Positions 22,135 through 37,244 are shown, counted from the stretch's first letter. The stretch is 64,000 bases of DNA from Eukaryota sp. GEM-RC1 (GCA_040285855.1 JAUFOQ010000002.1:3286001-3350000); one strand, 5' to 3'. The notes: a model not told the origin generated them from the sequence alone. Made by a program: numbers and translations.

Positions 22135-23801
22135 ATAAACAAAGAGTTGCTTTAATGATATTGAGTTCTAGTTTTTGTGTTTTTCTTCCTGTTTTTGTTC
22201 CATAAAGTGGATAAAGACTCAGCAAGAGATTTAGGACTTACACATCTGACAGCATTGAGAATGCAAGTTTGAATTGTGGTTACAACTCAAAAGGAAAAAC
22301 GGGGTTTATGATCAATCAGTGAAATCAATGCATTTGCAGAAATTGATAACTAACAGACACTAACTAAAGTATCTAAACTATGGTTCTTCTGTCCATTTTT
22401 TTTGAAACGAATTATTTATTCTAAATGTAATAGACAATAACACTACAGTGTACATACATCTAGTAATCAATATCCTCAAGGTCCAGATTGCCTAACTGGA
22501 TATTTTCACCTACCTTATCTTCATAATGTCTGCCAAGAGAAAATAAAGCGCTAGATACAGAAGTGACCATACCTTTAAAGATAACAAACACGATTCGATT
22601 TTTCCAAAATGTAAGATCAAAAGTCCTAGATGTTTTTTCTTTTACAATTTCATAGTTTGTACGAAGGTTACCTTATTGGGTGCCGAATAAACATGTTTCA
22701 TCTTCACAAAGATTTCAAGTAATAAGTAATAGTAATCTTCTGTCCATCACCGAACAACTTACCTAAAATTGAATTAAAATATCTGTGAATTAAACAAAAG
22801 GTGAGAAAAAAGTAACTACAATGTACTGTAATTGGCCATTCAATATCAGATTCCATCAGATGCCATTTCATACTACCGACATACTTCAGACATTCAAAAT
22901 GTTTTAAAAGGTGTTTTTGGAGTTTCTTAAGAGCAAATTTCAAAGCAGTGATACATCGTTCTGGCATTTCACATATACCAGCTCGGAAACAAGTTTGCCA
23001 AAGGTCAGGTGAAATTAACGACAATTCTTTCATGGCATCACTAGTAGCTTAATTTGACCTGATTCATGTTGCATTTTTGATGATCTTTGCTTTTATCGAA
23101 CAAAAACTGGAACTCAACAACATTAAAGCAAACTCGTCATGCTAAAAAATTGTTATTCAGGAAAAGTAACTCATCTGCTTCACTCTCTCCCCCTGTACTT
23201 ATCTATAACTCCTGTGGAAGCTTTACCAATTCGAACTGACTTTCTTGCATTTTTTGTTATCAGTGGATCCTGCTGCATTGAACAATCACATCTTCATCTT
23301 GGTGGTATTGGTTTCACTTCGTCTAAATGGTGGACCAAATCTACTTTCATTGGTGGTGGTAAGAATTTTGTCTTTGAGTTCTGTAGACGTTACCCAAGTC
23401 AAGAAAATCTTCTTGTTTCGACAAGTAGTGTTTTCTTGGTAAATTTGAGATCCTAATTATCGCTAATTTCACCTGGCCTCTGGCAAACTTGTTTTCCAGC
23501 AGATATTTGTGAAATACCGGAACGATGTGTCACTTCTTTAATTTTTGGTCCTAAGAAACTCCAAAAACACCTTCTAAAACATTTTGAATGTCTGGATTTT
23601 CAAATTCGACTTGGCTCGGTTTTGGTTGAATCGTATTGTTTTTACAATATTTAAAACAATTCCTATCATGATTTCAAAAGCTCTATTAGCTCTGAGTGTT
23701 TTTATGAAGAAAAAGCTGATGTGAGTTTTAATGGCAATGATTGTTACTTTAATGATATTGAGTTAAAATCATAAAAACATATAGGAAAAAAAACTTGGCT
23801 C

Positions 23802-25689
23802 GGCCAAAGAAAAAAAATCCAGCGTTCTCAAATTGTTTAATCGATTTGAAGGACAGTTCTTCAGTTGCTTTGATCAACCAAATTCCACAGATTTATGGAT
23901 TTTTGTTGAACGATCATCAATGAACTGCAACATTCATACTTCGATGTTTCTTGTGGCCCTCTAATTTACCTAATGATCTTCAATGTAAATCTCTTGAAAT
24001 CAAAAATTCACAAAATAGTGATTCTGATAATACTTTTGGTAAAAGAAGAGCTGATGTAACAGTTCCATCAATCAATGATGAACTAACGGTTGTTGTTGTA
24101 ATTACTGTGGATGTTTGCAAAGAACGTGCATTTAAGGATGCTAAAAATGAAGTGTCTCCGCTTGAATTGTCAGAACAATACAAGGGAAACAAGTATGATG
24201 TACCATTGACTGCTCTCAAACATACTAGACATGTTGAGTACGAGTTATGTCCTTTTGCAATTTCAATTTATGGGGCCAAATCACAAAATCCAGCGTTCTC
24301 AAATTGTTTAATCGATTTGAAGGACAGTTCTTCAGTTGCTTTGATCAACCAAATTCCACAGATTTATGGATTGTTGTTGAACGATCATCAATGAACTGCA
24401 ACATTTATACTTCGATGTTTCTTGTGGCCCTCTAATTTACCTAATTATCTTCAATGTAAATCTCTTGAAATCAAAAATTCACAAAATAGTGATTCTGATA
24501 AGACTTTTGGTAAAAGAAGAGCTGATGTAATAGTTCCATCAGTCAATGATGAACTAACGGTTGTTGTTGTAATTACTGTGGATGTTTGCAAAGAACGTGC
24601 ATTTAAGGATGCTAAAAATGAAGTGTCTCCGCTTGAATTGTCAGAACAATACAAGGGAAACAAGTATGATGTACCATTGACTGCTCTCAAACATACTAGA
24701 CATGTTGAGTACGAGTTATGTCCTTTTGCAATTTCAATTTATGGGGCCAAATCACAAAATCCAGCGTTCTCAAATTGTTTAATCGATTTGAAGGACAGTT
24801 CTTCAGTTGCTTTGATCAACCAAATTCCACAGATTTATGGATTGTTGTTGAACGATCATCAATGAACTGCAACATTTATACTTCGATGTTTCTTGTGGCC
24901 CTCTAATTTACCTAATGATCTTCAATGTAAATCTCTTGAAATCAAAAATTCACAAAATAGTGATTCTGATAAGACTTTTGGTAAAAGAAGAGCTGATGTA
25001 ATAGTTCCATCAGTCAATGATGAACTAACAGTTGTTGTTGTTGTAATTACTGTGGATGTTTGCAAAGAACGTGCATTTAAGGATGCTAAAAATGAAGTGT
25101 CTCCGCTTGAATTGTCAGAACAATACAAGGGAAACAAGTATGATGTACCATTGACTGCTCTCAAACATACTAGACATGTTGAGTACGAATTATGTCCTTT
25201 TGCAATTTCAATTTATGGGGCCAAATCACAAAATCCAGCGTTCTCAAATTTTTTAATCGTATTGAAGGACAGTTCTTCAGTTGCTTTGATCAACCAAATT
25301 CCACAGATTTATGGATTTTTGTTGAACGATCATCAATGAACTGCAACATTCATACTTCGATGTTTCTTGTGGCCCTCTAATTTACCTAATGATCTTCAAT
25401 GTAAATCTCTTGAAATCAAAAATTCACAAAATAGTGATTCTGATAAGACTTTTGGTAAAAGAAGAGCTGATGTAATAGTTCCATCAATCAATGATGAACT
25501 AACGGTTGTTGTTGTACTTACTGTGGATGTTTGCAAAGAACGTGCATTTAAGGATGCTAAAAATGAAGTGTCTCCGCTTCATTTGTCAGAACAATACAAG
25601 GGAAACAAGTATGATGTACCATTGACTGCTCTCAAACATACTAGACATGTTGAGTACGAATTATGTCCTTTTGCAATTTCAATTTATGG
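23802..25689 (+). repeat. Tandem array of 4 monomers
   Basis: ORF starts at 23951, 24422, 24893 and 25367. Confidence 0.96.
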
Positions 25690-28670
25690 TCAACTTGGTA
25701 AAAATGTTCTCTATTTTCTCTCTGATTTTGAGAAAGTTGCCAAAAACAGAATGAACAAGAAATTTGATTTTATGTTTCAGTTTGGTTGAATCGTATCGTT
25801 TTTACAATATTTACAACAATTCCTATTATGATATCAAAAGCTCTTTTAGCTCTCAGTATTTTTTATGACGAAAAAGCTTATGTGAGTTTTAATGGCATTG
25901 ACTGTTGCTTTAATGTTATTGAGTTCTAGTTCTTCTGTATATCTTCTCAAAAGTTGATAAAGGCTCATTCAGAGATTTTGGACTTGCACATGGCAGGAAT
26001 TTGATCTCTGACAGCATCATTAATACAAGTTCCATAAGTAATGAAATTATTGCAACTCAAAAGGTGAGAAAAAAGTAACTAATTTACCACATTTACATTG
26101 AAGATCATTAGATTAATAGTATTTGTGTTTATCTTAGTGTTTTTGTTCCATAAAGTGGATAAAGACTCAGCAAGAGATTTAGGACTTACACATCTGACAG
26201 CATTGAGAATGCAAGTTTGAATTGTGGTTACAACTCAAAAGGAAAAACGGGGTTTATGATCAATCAGTGAAATCAATGCATTTGCAGAAATTGATAACTA
26301 ACAGACACTAACTAAAGTATCTAAACTATGGTTCTTCTGTCCATTTTTTTGAAACGAATTATTTATTCTAAATGTAATAGACAATAACACTACAGTGTAC
26401 ATACATCTAGTAATCAATATCCTCAAGGTCCAGATTGCCTAACTGGATATTTTCACCTACCTTATCTTCATAATGTCTGCCAAGAGAAAATAAAGCGCTA
26501 GATACAGAAGTGACCATACCTTTAAAGATAACAAACACGATTCGATTTTTCCAAAATGTAAGATCAAAAGTCCTAGATGTTTTTTCTTTTACAATTTCAT
26601 AGTTTGTACGAAGGTTACCTTATTGGGTGCCGAATAAACATGTTTCATCTTCACAAAAATTTCAAGTAATAAGTAATAGTAATCTTCTGTCCATCACCGA
26701 ACAACTTACCTAAAATTGAATTAAAATATCGAGTGAATTAAACAAAAGGTGAGAAAAAGTAACTACAATGTACCGTAATTGGCCATTCAATATCAGATTC
26801 CATCAGATGCCATTTCATACTACCGACATACTTCAGACATTCAAAATGTGTTAAAAGGTGTTTTTGGAGTTTCTTAAGAGCAAATTTCAAAGCAGTGATA
26901 CATCGTTCTGGCATTTCACATATACCAGCTCGGAAACAAGTTTGCCAAAGGTCAGGTGAAATTAACGACAATTCTTTCATGGCATCACTAGTAGCTTAAT
27001 TTGACCTGATTCATGTTGCATTTTGATGATCTTTGCTTTTATCGAACAAAAACTGGAACTCAACAACATTAAAGCAAACTCGTCATGCTAAAAAATTGTT
27101 AATCAGGAAAAGTAACTCATCTGCTTCACTCTCTCCCCCTGTACTTATCTATAACTCCTGTGGAAGCTTTACCAATTCGAACTGACTTTCTTGCATTTTT
27201 GTTATCAGTGGATCCTGCTGCATTGAACAATCACATCTTCATCTTGGTGGTATTGGTTTCACTTCGTCTAAATGGTGGACCAAATCTACTTTCATTGGTG
27301 GTGGTAAGAATTTTGTCTTTGAGTTCTGTAGACGTTACCCAAGTCAAGAAAATCTTCTTGTTTCGACAAGTAGTGTTTTCTTGGTAAATTTGAGATCCTA
27401 ATTATCGCTAATTTCACCTGGCCTCTGGCAAACTTGTTTTCCAGCAGATATTTGTGAAATACCGGAACGATGTGTCACTTCTTTAATTTTTGGTCCTAAG
27501 AAACTCCAAAAACACCTTCTAAAACATTTTGAATGTCTGGATTTTCAAATTCGACTTGGCTCGGTTTTGGTTGAATCGTATTGTTTTTACAATATTTAAA
27601 ACAATTCCTATCATGATTTCAAAAGCTCTATTAGCTCTGAGTGTTTTTATGAAGAAAAAGCTGATGTGAGTTTTAATGGCAATGATTGTTGTTTTAATGA
27701 TATTGAGTTAAAATCATAAAAAACATAAAGGAAAAAAAAACTTGGCTCGGCCAAAGAAAAAAATCCAGCGTTCGCAAATTGTTTAATCGATTTGAAGGAC
27801 AGTTCTTCAGTTGCTTTGATCAACCAAATTCCACAGATTTATGGATTTTTGTTGAACGATCATCAATGAACTGCAACATTCATACTTCGATGTTTCTTGT
27901 GGCCCTCTAATTTACTTAATGATCTTCAATGTAAATCTCTTGAAATCAAAAATTCACAAAATAGTGATTCTGATAAGACTTTTGGTAAAAGAAGAGCTGA
28001 TGTAATAGTTCCATCAGTCAATGATGAACTAACGGTTGTTGTTGTAATTACTGTGGATGTTTGCAAAGAACGTGCATTTAAGGATGCTAAAAATGAAGTG
28101 TCTCCGCTTGAATTGTCAGAACAATACAAGGGAAACAAGTATGATGTACCATTGACTGCTCTCAAACATACTAGACATGTTGAGTACGAATGTCCTTTTG
28201 CAATTTCAATTTATGGTCAACTTGGTAAAAAGCTCTCTATTTTCTCTCTGATTTTGAGAAAGTTGCCAAAAACAGAATGAACAAGAAATTTGATTTTATG
28301 TTTCAGTTTGGTTGAATCGTATCGTTTTTACAATATTTACAACAATTCCTATTATGATATCAAAAGCTCTTTTAGCTCTCAGTATTTTTATGACGAAAAA
28401 GCTTATGTGAGTTTTAATGGCATTGACTGTTGCTTTAATGTGATTGAGTTTTAGTTTTTCTGTATATCTTCTCAAAAAGTTGATAAAGGCTCATCCAGAG
28501 ATTTAGGACTTGCACATGGCAGGAATTTGATCTCTGACAGCATCATTAATACAAGTTCCATAAGTAATGAAATTATTGCAACTCAAAAGGTGAGAAAAAA
28601 GTAACTAATTTACCACATTTACATTGAAGATCATTAGGTTACTAGTATTTGTGTTTATCTTAGTGTTTTT

Positions 28671-29252
28671 CTTTATTAAAAACATTAAAATAAACACAAA
28701 TACTAGAATTCAATATCATTAAAGCAACAATCATTGCCATTAAAACTCACATCAGCTTTTTCTTCATAAAAAACACTGAGAGCTAATAGAGCTTTTGAAA
28801 TCATGATAGGAATTGTTTTAAATATTGTAAAAACAATACGATTCAACCAAAATTTGAAATCAAATTTCTTGTTCATTCTTTTTTGACCACTTTCTCAAAA
28901 TCAGAGAGAAAACAAAGAGCATCTCTACCAAGTCGACCATAAATTGAAATTGCAAAAGGACATAATTTGTACTCAACATGTCTAATATGTTTGAGAGCAG
29001 TCAGTGGTTCATCATATTTGTTTCTCTTGTATTGTTCTGAAGAATTCAGTGGAGAAACTTCATTTTTAGCATCCTTGAATGCACTTTTTTGCAAACATCC
29101 ACAGTAATCACATCAACAACGGTTAGTTCATCATTAACTGATGGAACTATAACATCAGCTCTTCGTTTACCAAAAGTCTTATCAGAATCACTATTTTTGA
29201 ATTATTGGTTTCCAGTGATCTCAACAGGTGCTCAACGAAAGATTCGATTTTA
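28671..29252 (-). mobile_element. Inverted young lineage-B 3' end (copy)
   Basis: Same sequence and junctions as 21556-22134. Confidence 0.9.
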
Positions 29253-29514
29253 ATAAACAAAGAGTTGCTTTAATGATATTGAGTTCTAGTTTTTGTGTTT
29301 TTCTTCCTGTTTTTGTTCCATAAAGTGGATAAAGACTCAGCAAGAGATTTAGGACTTACACATCTGACAGCATTGAGAATGCAAGTTTGAATTGTGGTTA
29401 CAACTCAAAAGGAAAAACGGGGTTTATGATCAATCAGTGAAATCAATGCATTTGCAGAAATTGATAACTAACAGACACTAACTAAAGTATCTAAACTATG
29501 GTTCTTCTGTCCAT

Positions 29515-29853
29515 TTTTTTTTGAAACGAATTATTTATTCTAAATGTAATAGACAATAACACTACAGTGTACATACATCTAGTAATCAATATCCTCAAGG
29601 TCCAGATTGCCTAACTGGATATTTTCACCTACCTTATCTTCATAATGTCTGCCAAGAGAAAATAAAGCGCTAGATACAGAAGTGACCATACCTTTAAAGA
29701 TAACAAACACGATTCGATTTTTCCAAAATGTAAGATCAAAAGTCCTAGATGTTTTTCTTTTACAATTTCATAGTTTGTACGAAGGTTACCTTATTGGGTG
29801 CCGAATAAACATGTTTCATCTTCACAAAGATTTCAAGTAATAAGTAATAGTAA
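29515..29853 (-). mobile_element. Composite retro-insertion (lineage-D 3' end with A-tail plus lineage-A UTR) in module C (representative)
   Basis: 12-bp direct repeat TCTTCTGTCCAT (29503-29514, 29854-29865). On the minus strand: WKNRIVFVIFKGMVTSVSSALFSLGRHYE...*, then AATAAA and a poly(A) run. Empty sites occur at ~50200 and ~56625. Confidence 0.85.
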
Positions 29854-30254
29854 TCTTCTGTCCATCACCGAACAACTTACCTAAAATTGAATTAAAATAT
29901 CTGTGAATTAAACAAAAGGTGAGAAAAAGTAACTACAATGTACTGTAATTGGCCATTCAATATCAGATTCCATCAGATGCCATTTCATACTACCGACATA
30001 CTTCAGACATTCAAAATGTTTTAAAAGGTGTTTTTGGAGTTTCTTAAGAGCAAATTTCAAAGCAGTGATACATCGTTCTGGCATTTCACATATACCAGCT
30101 CGGAAACAAGTTTGCCAAAGGTCAGGTGAAATTAACGACAATTCTTTCATGGCATCACTAGTAGCTTAATTTGACCTGATTCATGTTGCATTTTTGATGA
30201 TCTTTGCTTTTATCGAACAAAAACTGGAACTCAACAACATTAAAGCAAACTCGT

Positions 30255-30735
30255 CATGCTAAAAATTGTTATTCAGGAAAAGTAACTCATCTGCTTCACT
30301 CTCTCCCCCTGTACTTATCTATAACTCCTGTGGAAGCTTTACCAATTCGAACTGACTTTCTTGCATTTTTTGTTATCAGTGGATCCTGCTGCATTGAACA
30401 ATCACATCTTCATCTTGGTGGTATTGGTTTCACTTCGTCTAAATGGTGGACCAAATCTACTTTCATTGGTGGTGGTAAGAATTTTGTCTTTGAGTTCTGT
30501 AGACGTTACCCAAGTCAAGAAAATCTTCTTGTTTCGACAAGTAGTGTTTTCTTGGTAAATTTGAGATCCTAATTATCGCTAATTTCACCTGGCCTCTGGC
30601 AAACTTGTTTTCCAGCAGATATTTGTGAAATACCGGAACGATGTGTCACTTCTTTAATTTTTGGTCCTAAGAAACTCCAAAAACACCTTCTAAAACATTT
30701 TGAATGTCTGGATTTTCAAATTCGACTTGGCTCGG
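30255..30735 (+). pseudogene. Lineage-B post-RT thumb/linker fragment (representative; one per macro-unit)
   Basis: KNCYSGKVTHLLHSLP...HLGGIGFTS...FIGGGKNFVFEF...LSLISPGLWQTCFP...KKLQKHLLKHFECL. The GG.G. motif is typical of the non-LTR region downstream of RT. Confidence 0.75.
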
Positions 30736-31842
30736 TTTTGGTTGAATCGTATTGTTTTTACAATATTTAAAACAATTCCTATCATGATTTCAAAAGCTCT
30801 ATTAGCTCTGAGTGTTTTTATGAAGAAAAAGCTGATGTGAGTTTTAATGGCAATGATTGTTACTTTAATGATATTGAGTTAAAATCATAAAAACATATAG
30901 GAAAAAAAAAACTTGGCTCGGCCAAAGAAAAAATCCAGCGTTCTCAAATTGTTTAATCGATTTGAAGGACAGTTCTTCAGTTGCTTTGATCAACCAAATT
31001 CCACAGATTTATGGATTTTTGTTGAACGATCATCAATGAACTGCAACATTCATACTTCGATGTTTCTTGTGGCCCTCTAATTTACCTAATGATCTTCAAT
31101 GTAAATCTCTTGAAATCAAAAATTCACAAAATAGTGATTCTGATAAGACTTTTGGTAAAAGAAGAGCTGATGTAATAGTTCCATCAGTCAATGATGAACT
31201 AACGGTTGTTGTTGTAATTACTGTGGATGTTTGCAAAGAACGTGCATTTAAGGATGCTAAAAATGAAGTGTCTCCGCTTCATTTGTCAGAACAATACAAG
31301 GGAAACAAGTATGATGTACCATTGACTGCTCTCAAACATACTAGACATGTTGAGTACGAATTATGTCCTTTTGCAATTTCAATTTATGGTCAACTTGGTA
31401 AAAATGTTCTCTATTTTCTCTCTGATTTTGAGAAAGTTGCCAAAAACAGAATGAACAAGAAATTTGATTTTATGTTTCAGTTTGGTTGAATCGTATCGTT
31501 TTACAATATTTACAACAATTCCTATTATGATATCAAAAGCTCTTTTAGCTCTCAGTATTTTTATGACGAAAAAGCTTATGTGAGTTTTAATGGCATTGAC
31601 TGTTGCTTTAATGTTATTGAGTTCTAGTTCTTCTGTATATCTTCTCAAAAAGTTGATAAAGGCTCATCCAGAGATTTTGGACTTGCACGTGGCAGGAATT
31701 TGATCTCTGACAGCATCATTAATACAAGTTCCATAAGTAATGAAATTATTGCAACTCAAAAGGTGAGAAAAAGTAACTAATTTACCACATTTACATTGAA
31801 GATCATTAGGTTACTAGTATTTGTGTTTATCTTAGTGTTTTT

Positions 31843-32421
31843 CTTTATTAAAAACATTAAAATAAACACAAATACTAGAATTCAATATCATTAAAGCAAC
31901 AATCATTGCCATTAAAACTCACATCAGCTTTTTCTTCATAAAAACACTGAGAGCTAATAGAGCTTTTGAAATCATGATAGGAATTGTTTTAAATATTGTA
32001 AAAACAATACGATTCAACCAAAATTTGAAATCAAATTTCTTGTTCATTCTTTTTGACCACTTTCTCAAAATCAGAGAGAAAACAAAGAGCATCTCTACCA
32101 AGTCGACCATAAATTGAAATTGCAAAAGGACATAATTTGTACTCAACATGTCTAATATGTTTGAGAGCAGTCAGTGGTTCATCATATTTGTTTCTCTTGT
32201 ATTGTTCTGAAGAATTCAGTGGAGAAACTTCATTTTTAGCATCCTTGAATGCACTTTTTGCAAACATCCACAGTAATCACATCAACAACGGTTAGTTCAT
32301 CATTAACTGATGGAACTATTACATCAGCTCTTCGTTTACCAAAAGTCTTATCAGAATCACTATTTTTGAATTATTGGTTTCCAGTGATCTCAACAGGTGC
32401 TCAACGAAAGATTCGATTTTA
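31843..32421 (-). mobile_element. Inverted young lineage-B 3' end (copy)
   Basis: Same sequence and junctions as 21556-22134. Confidence 0.9.
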
Positions 32422-35003
32422 ATAAACAAAGAGTTGCTTTAATGATATTGAGTTCTAGTTTTTGTGTTTTTCTTCCTGTTTTTGTTCCATAAAGTGGATA
32501 AAGACTCAGCAAGAGATTTAGGACTTACACATCTGACAGCATTGAGAATGCAAGTTTGAATTGTGGTTACAACTCAAAAGGAAAAACGGGGTTTATGATC
32601 AATCAGTGAAATCAATGCATTTGCAGAAATTGATAACTAACAGACACTAACTAAAGTATCTAAACTATGGTTCTTCTGTCCATTTTTTGAAACGAATTAT
32701 TTATTCTAAATGTAATAGACAATAACACTACAGTGTACATACATCTAGTAATCAATATCCTCAAGGTCCAGATTGCCTAACTGGATATTTTCACCTACCT
32801 TATCTTCATAATGTCTGCCAAGAGAAAATAAAGCGCTAGATACAGAAGTGACCATACCTTTAAAGATAACAAACACGATTCGATTTTTCCAAAATGTAAG
32901 ATCAAAAGTCCTAGATGTTTTTTCTTTTACAATTTCATAGTTTGTACGAAGGTTACCTTATTGGGTGCCGAATAAACATGTTTCATCTTCACAAAGATTT
33001 CAAGTAATAAGTAATAGTAATCTTCTGTCCATCACCGAACAACTTACCTAAAATTGAATTAAAATATCTGTGAATTAAACAAAAGGTGAGAAAAAGTAAC
33101 TACAATGTACTGTAATTGGCCATTCAATATCAGATTCCATCAGATGCCATTTCATACTACCGACATACTTCAGACATTCAAAATGTTTTAAAAGGTGTTT
33201 TGGAGTTTCTTAAGAGCAAATTTCAAAGCAGTGATACATCGTTCTGGCATTTCACATATACCAGCTCGGAAACAAGTTTGCCAAAGGTCAGGTGAAATTA
33301 ACGACAATTCTTTCATGGCATCACTAGTAGCTTAATTTGACCTGATTCATGTTGCATTTTTGATGATCTTTGCTTTTATCGAACAAAAACTGGAACTCAA
33401 CAACATTAAAGCAAACTCGTCATGCTAAAAATTGTTATTCAGGAAAAGTAACTCATCTGCTTCACTCTCTCCCCCTGTACTTATCTATAACTCCTGTGGA
33501 AGCTTTACCAATTCGAACTGACTTTCTTGCATTTTTGTTATCAGTGGATCCTGCTGCATTGAACAATCACATCTTCATCTTGGTGGTATTGGTTTCACTT
33601 CGTCTAAATGGTGGACCAAATCTACTTTCATTGGTGGTGGTAAGAATTTTGTCTTTGAGTTCTGTAGACGTTACCCAAGTCAAGAAAATCTTCTTGTTTC
33701 GACAAGTAGTGTTTTCTTGGTAAATTTGAGATCCTAATTATCGCTAATTTCACCTGGCCTCTGGCAAACTTGTTTTCCAGCAGATATTTGTGAAATACCG
33801 GAACGATGTGTCACTTCTTTAATTTTTGGTCCTAAGAAACTCCAAAACACCTTCTAAAACATTTTGAATGTCTGGATTTTCAAATTCGACTTGGCTCGGT
33901 TTTGGTTGAATCGTATTGTTTTTACAATATTTAAAACAATTCCTATCATGATTTCAAAAGCTCTATTAGCTCTGAGTGTTTTTATGAAGAAAAAGCTGAT
34001 GTGAGTTTTAATGGCAATGATTGTTACTTTAATGATATTGAGTTAAAATCATAAAAACATATAGGAAAAAAACTTGGCTCGGCCAAAGAAAAAATCCAGC
34101 GTTCTCAAATTGTTTAATCGATTTGAAGGACAGTTCTTCAGTTGCTTTGATCAACCAAATTCCACAGATTTATGGATTTTTGTTGAACGATCATCAATGA
34201 ACTGCAACATTCATACTTCGATGTTTCTTGTGGCCCTCTAATTTACCTAATGATCTTCAATGTAAATCTCTTGAAATCAAAAATTCACAAAATAGTGATT
34301 CTGATAAGACTTTTGGTAAAAGAAGAGCTGATGTAATAGTTCCATCAGTCAATGATGAACTAACGGTTGTTGTTGTAATTACTGTGGATGTTTGCAAAGA
34401 ACGTGCATTTAAGGATGCTAAAAATGAAGTGTCTCCGCTTCATTTGTCAGAACAATACAAGGGAAACAAGTATGATGTACCATTGACTGCTCTCAAACAT
34501 ACTAGACATGTTGAGTACGAATTATGTCCTTTTGCAATTTCAATTTATGGTCAACTTGGTAAAATGTTCTCTATTTTCTCTCTGATTTTGAGAAAGTTGC
34601 CAAAAACAGAATGAACAAGAAATTTGATTTTATGTTTCAGTTTGGTTGAATCGTATCGTTTTACAATATTTACAACAATTCCTATTATGATATCAAAAGC
34701 TCTTTTAGCTCTCAGTATTTTTTATGACGAAAAAGCTTATGTGAGTTTTAATGGCATTGACTGTTGCTTTAATGTTATTGAGTTCTAGTTCTTCTGTATA
34801 TCTTCTCAAAAAGTTGATAAAGGCTCATCCAGAGATTTTGGACTTGCACGTGGCAGGAATTTGATCTCTGACAGCATCATTAATACAAGTTCCATAAGTA
34901 ATGAAATTATTGCAACTCAAAAGGTGAGAAAAAGTAACTAATTTACCACATTTACATTGAAGATCATTAGGTTACTAGTATTTGTGTTTATCTTAGTGTT
35001 TTT

Positions 35004-35584
35004 CTTTATTAAAAACATTAAAATAAACACAAATACTAGAATTCAATATCATTAAAGCAACAATCATTGCCATTAAAACTCACATCAGCTTTTTCTTCAT
35101 AAAAAACACTGAGAGCTAATAGAGCTTTTGAAATCATGATAGGAATTGTTTTAAATATTGTAAAAACAATACGATTCAACCAAAATTTGAAATCAAATTT
35201 CTTGTTCATTCTTTTTTGACCACTTTCTCAAAATCAGAGAGAAAACAAAGAGCATCTCTACCAAGTCGACCATAAATTGAAATTGCAAAAGGACATAATT
35301 TGTACTCAACATGTCTAATATGTTTGAGAGCAGTCAGTGGTTCATCATATTTGTTTCTCTTGTATTGTTCTGAAGAATTCAGTGGAGAAACTTCATTTTT
35401 AGCATCCTTGAATGCACTTTTTGCAAACATCCACAGTAATCACATCAACAACGGTTAGTTCATCATTAACTGATGGAACTATTACATCAGCTCTTCGTTT
35501 ACCAAAAGTCTTATCAGAATCACTATTTTTGAATTATTGGTTTCCAGTGATCTCAACAGGTGCTCAACGAAAGATTCGATTTTA
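35004..35584 (-). mobile_element. Inverted young lineage-B 3' end (copy)
   Basis: Same sequence and junctions as 21556-22134. Confidence 0.9.
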
Positions 35585-37244
35585 ATAAACAAAGAGTTGC
35601 TTTAATGATATTGAGTTCTAGTTTTGTGTTTTTCTTCCTGTTTTGTTCCATAAAGTGGATAAAGACTCAGCAAGAGATTTAGGACTTACACATCTGACAG
35701 CATTGAGAATGCAAGTTTGAATTGTGGTTACAACTCAAAAGGAAAAACGGGGTTTATGATCAATCAGTGAAATCAATGCATTTGCAGAAATTGATAACTA
35801 ACAGACACTAACTAAAGTATCTAAACTATGGTTCTTCTGTCCATTTTTTTTGGAAACGAATTATTTATTCTAAATGTAATAGACAATAACACTACAGTGT
35901 ACATACATCTAGTAATCAATATCCTCAAGGTCCAGATTGCCTAACTGGATATTTTCACCTACCTTATCTTCATAATGTCTGCCAAGAGAAAATAAAGCGC
36001 TAGATACAGAAGTGACCATACCTTTAAAGATAACAAACACGATTCGATTTTTCCAAAATGTAAGATCAAAAGTCCTAGATGTTTTTTCTTTTACAATTTC
36101 ATAGTTTGTACGAAGGTTACCTTATTGGGTGCCGAATAAACATGTTTCATCTTCACAAAGATTTCAAGTAATAAGTAATAGTAATCTTCTGTCCATCACC
36201 GAACAACTTACCTAAAATTGAATTAAAATATCTGTGAATTAAACAAAAGGTGAGAAAAAGTAACTACAATGTACTGTAATTGGCCATTCAATATCAGATT
36301 CCATCAGATGCCATTTCATACTACCGACATACTTCAGACATTCAAAATGTTTTAAAAGGTGTTTTTGGAGTTTCTTAAGAGCAAATTTCAAAGCAGTGAT
36401 ACATCGTTCTGGCATTTCACATATACCAGCTCGGAAACAAGTTTGCCAAAGGTCAGGTGAAATTAACGACAATTCTTTCATGGCATCACTAGTAGCTTAA
36501 TTTGACCTGATTCATGTTGCATTTTTGATGATCTTTGCTTTTATCGAACAAAACTGGAACTCAACAACATTAAAGCAAACTCGTCATGCTAAAAATTGTT
36601 ATTCAGGAAAAGTAACTCATCTGCTTCACTCTCTCCCCCTGTACTTATCTATAACTCCTGTGGAAGCTTTACCAATTCGAACTGACTTTCTTGCATTTTT
36701 GTTATCAGTGGATCCTGCTGCATTGAACAATCACATCTTCATCTTGGTGGTATTGGTTTCACTTCGTCTAAATGGTGGACCAAATCTACTTTCATTGGTG
36801 GTGGTAAGAATTTTGTCTTTGAGTTCTGTAGACGTTACCCAAGTCAAGAAAATCTTCTTGTTTCGACAAGTAGTGTTTTCTTGGTAAATTTGAGATCCTA
36901 ATTATCGCTAATTTCACCTGGCCTCTGGCAAACTTGTTTTCCAGCAGATATTTGTGAAATACCGGAACGATGTGTCACTTCTTTAATTTTTGGTCCTAAG
37001 AAACTCCAAAACACCTTCTAAAACATTTTGAATGTCTGGATTTTCAAATTCGACTTGGCTCGGTTTTGGTTGAATCGTATTGTTTTTACAATATTTAAAA
37101 CAATTCCTATCATGATTTCAAAAGCTCTATTAGCTCTGAGTGTTTTTATGAAGAAAAAGCTGATGTGAGTTTTAATGGCAATGATTGTTACTTTAATGAT
37201 ATTGAGTTAAAATCATAAAAACATATAGGAAAAAAACTTGGCTC

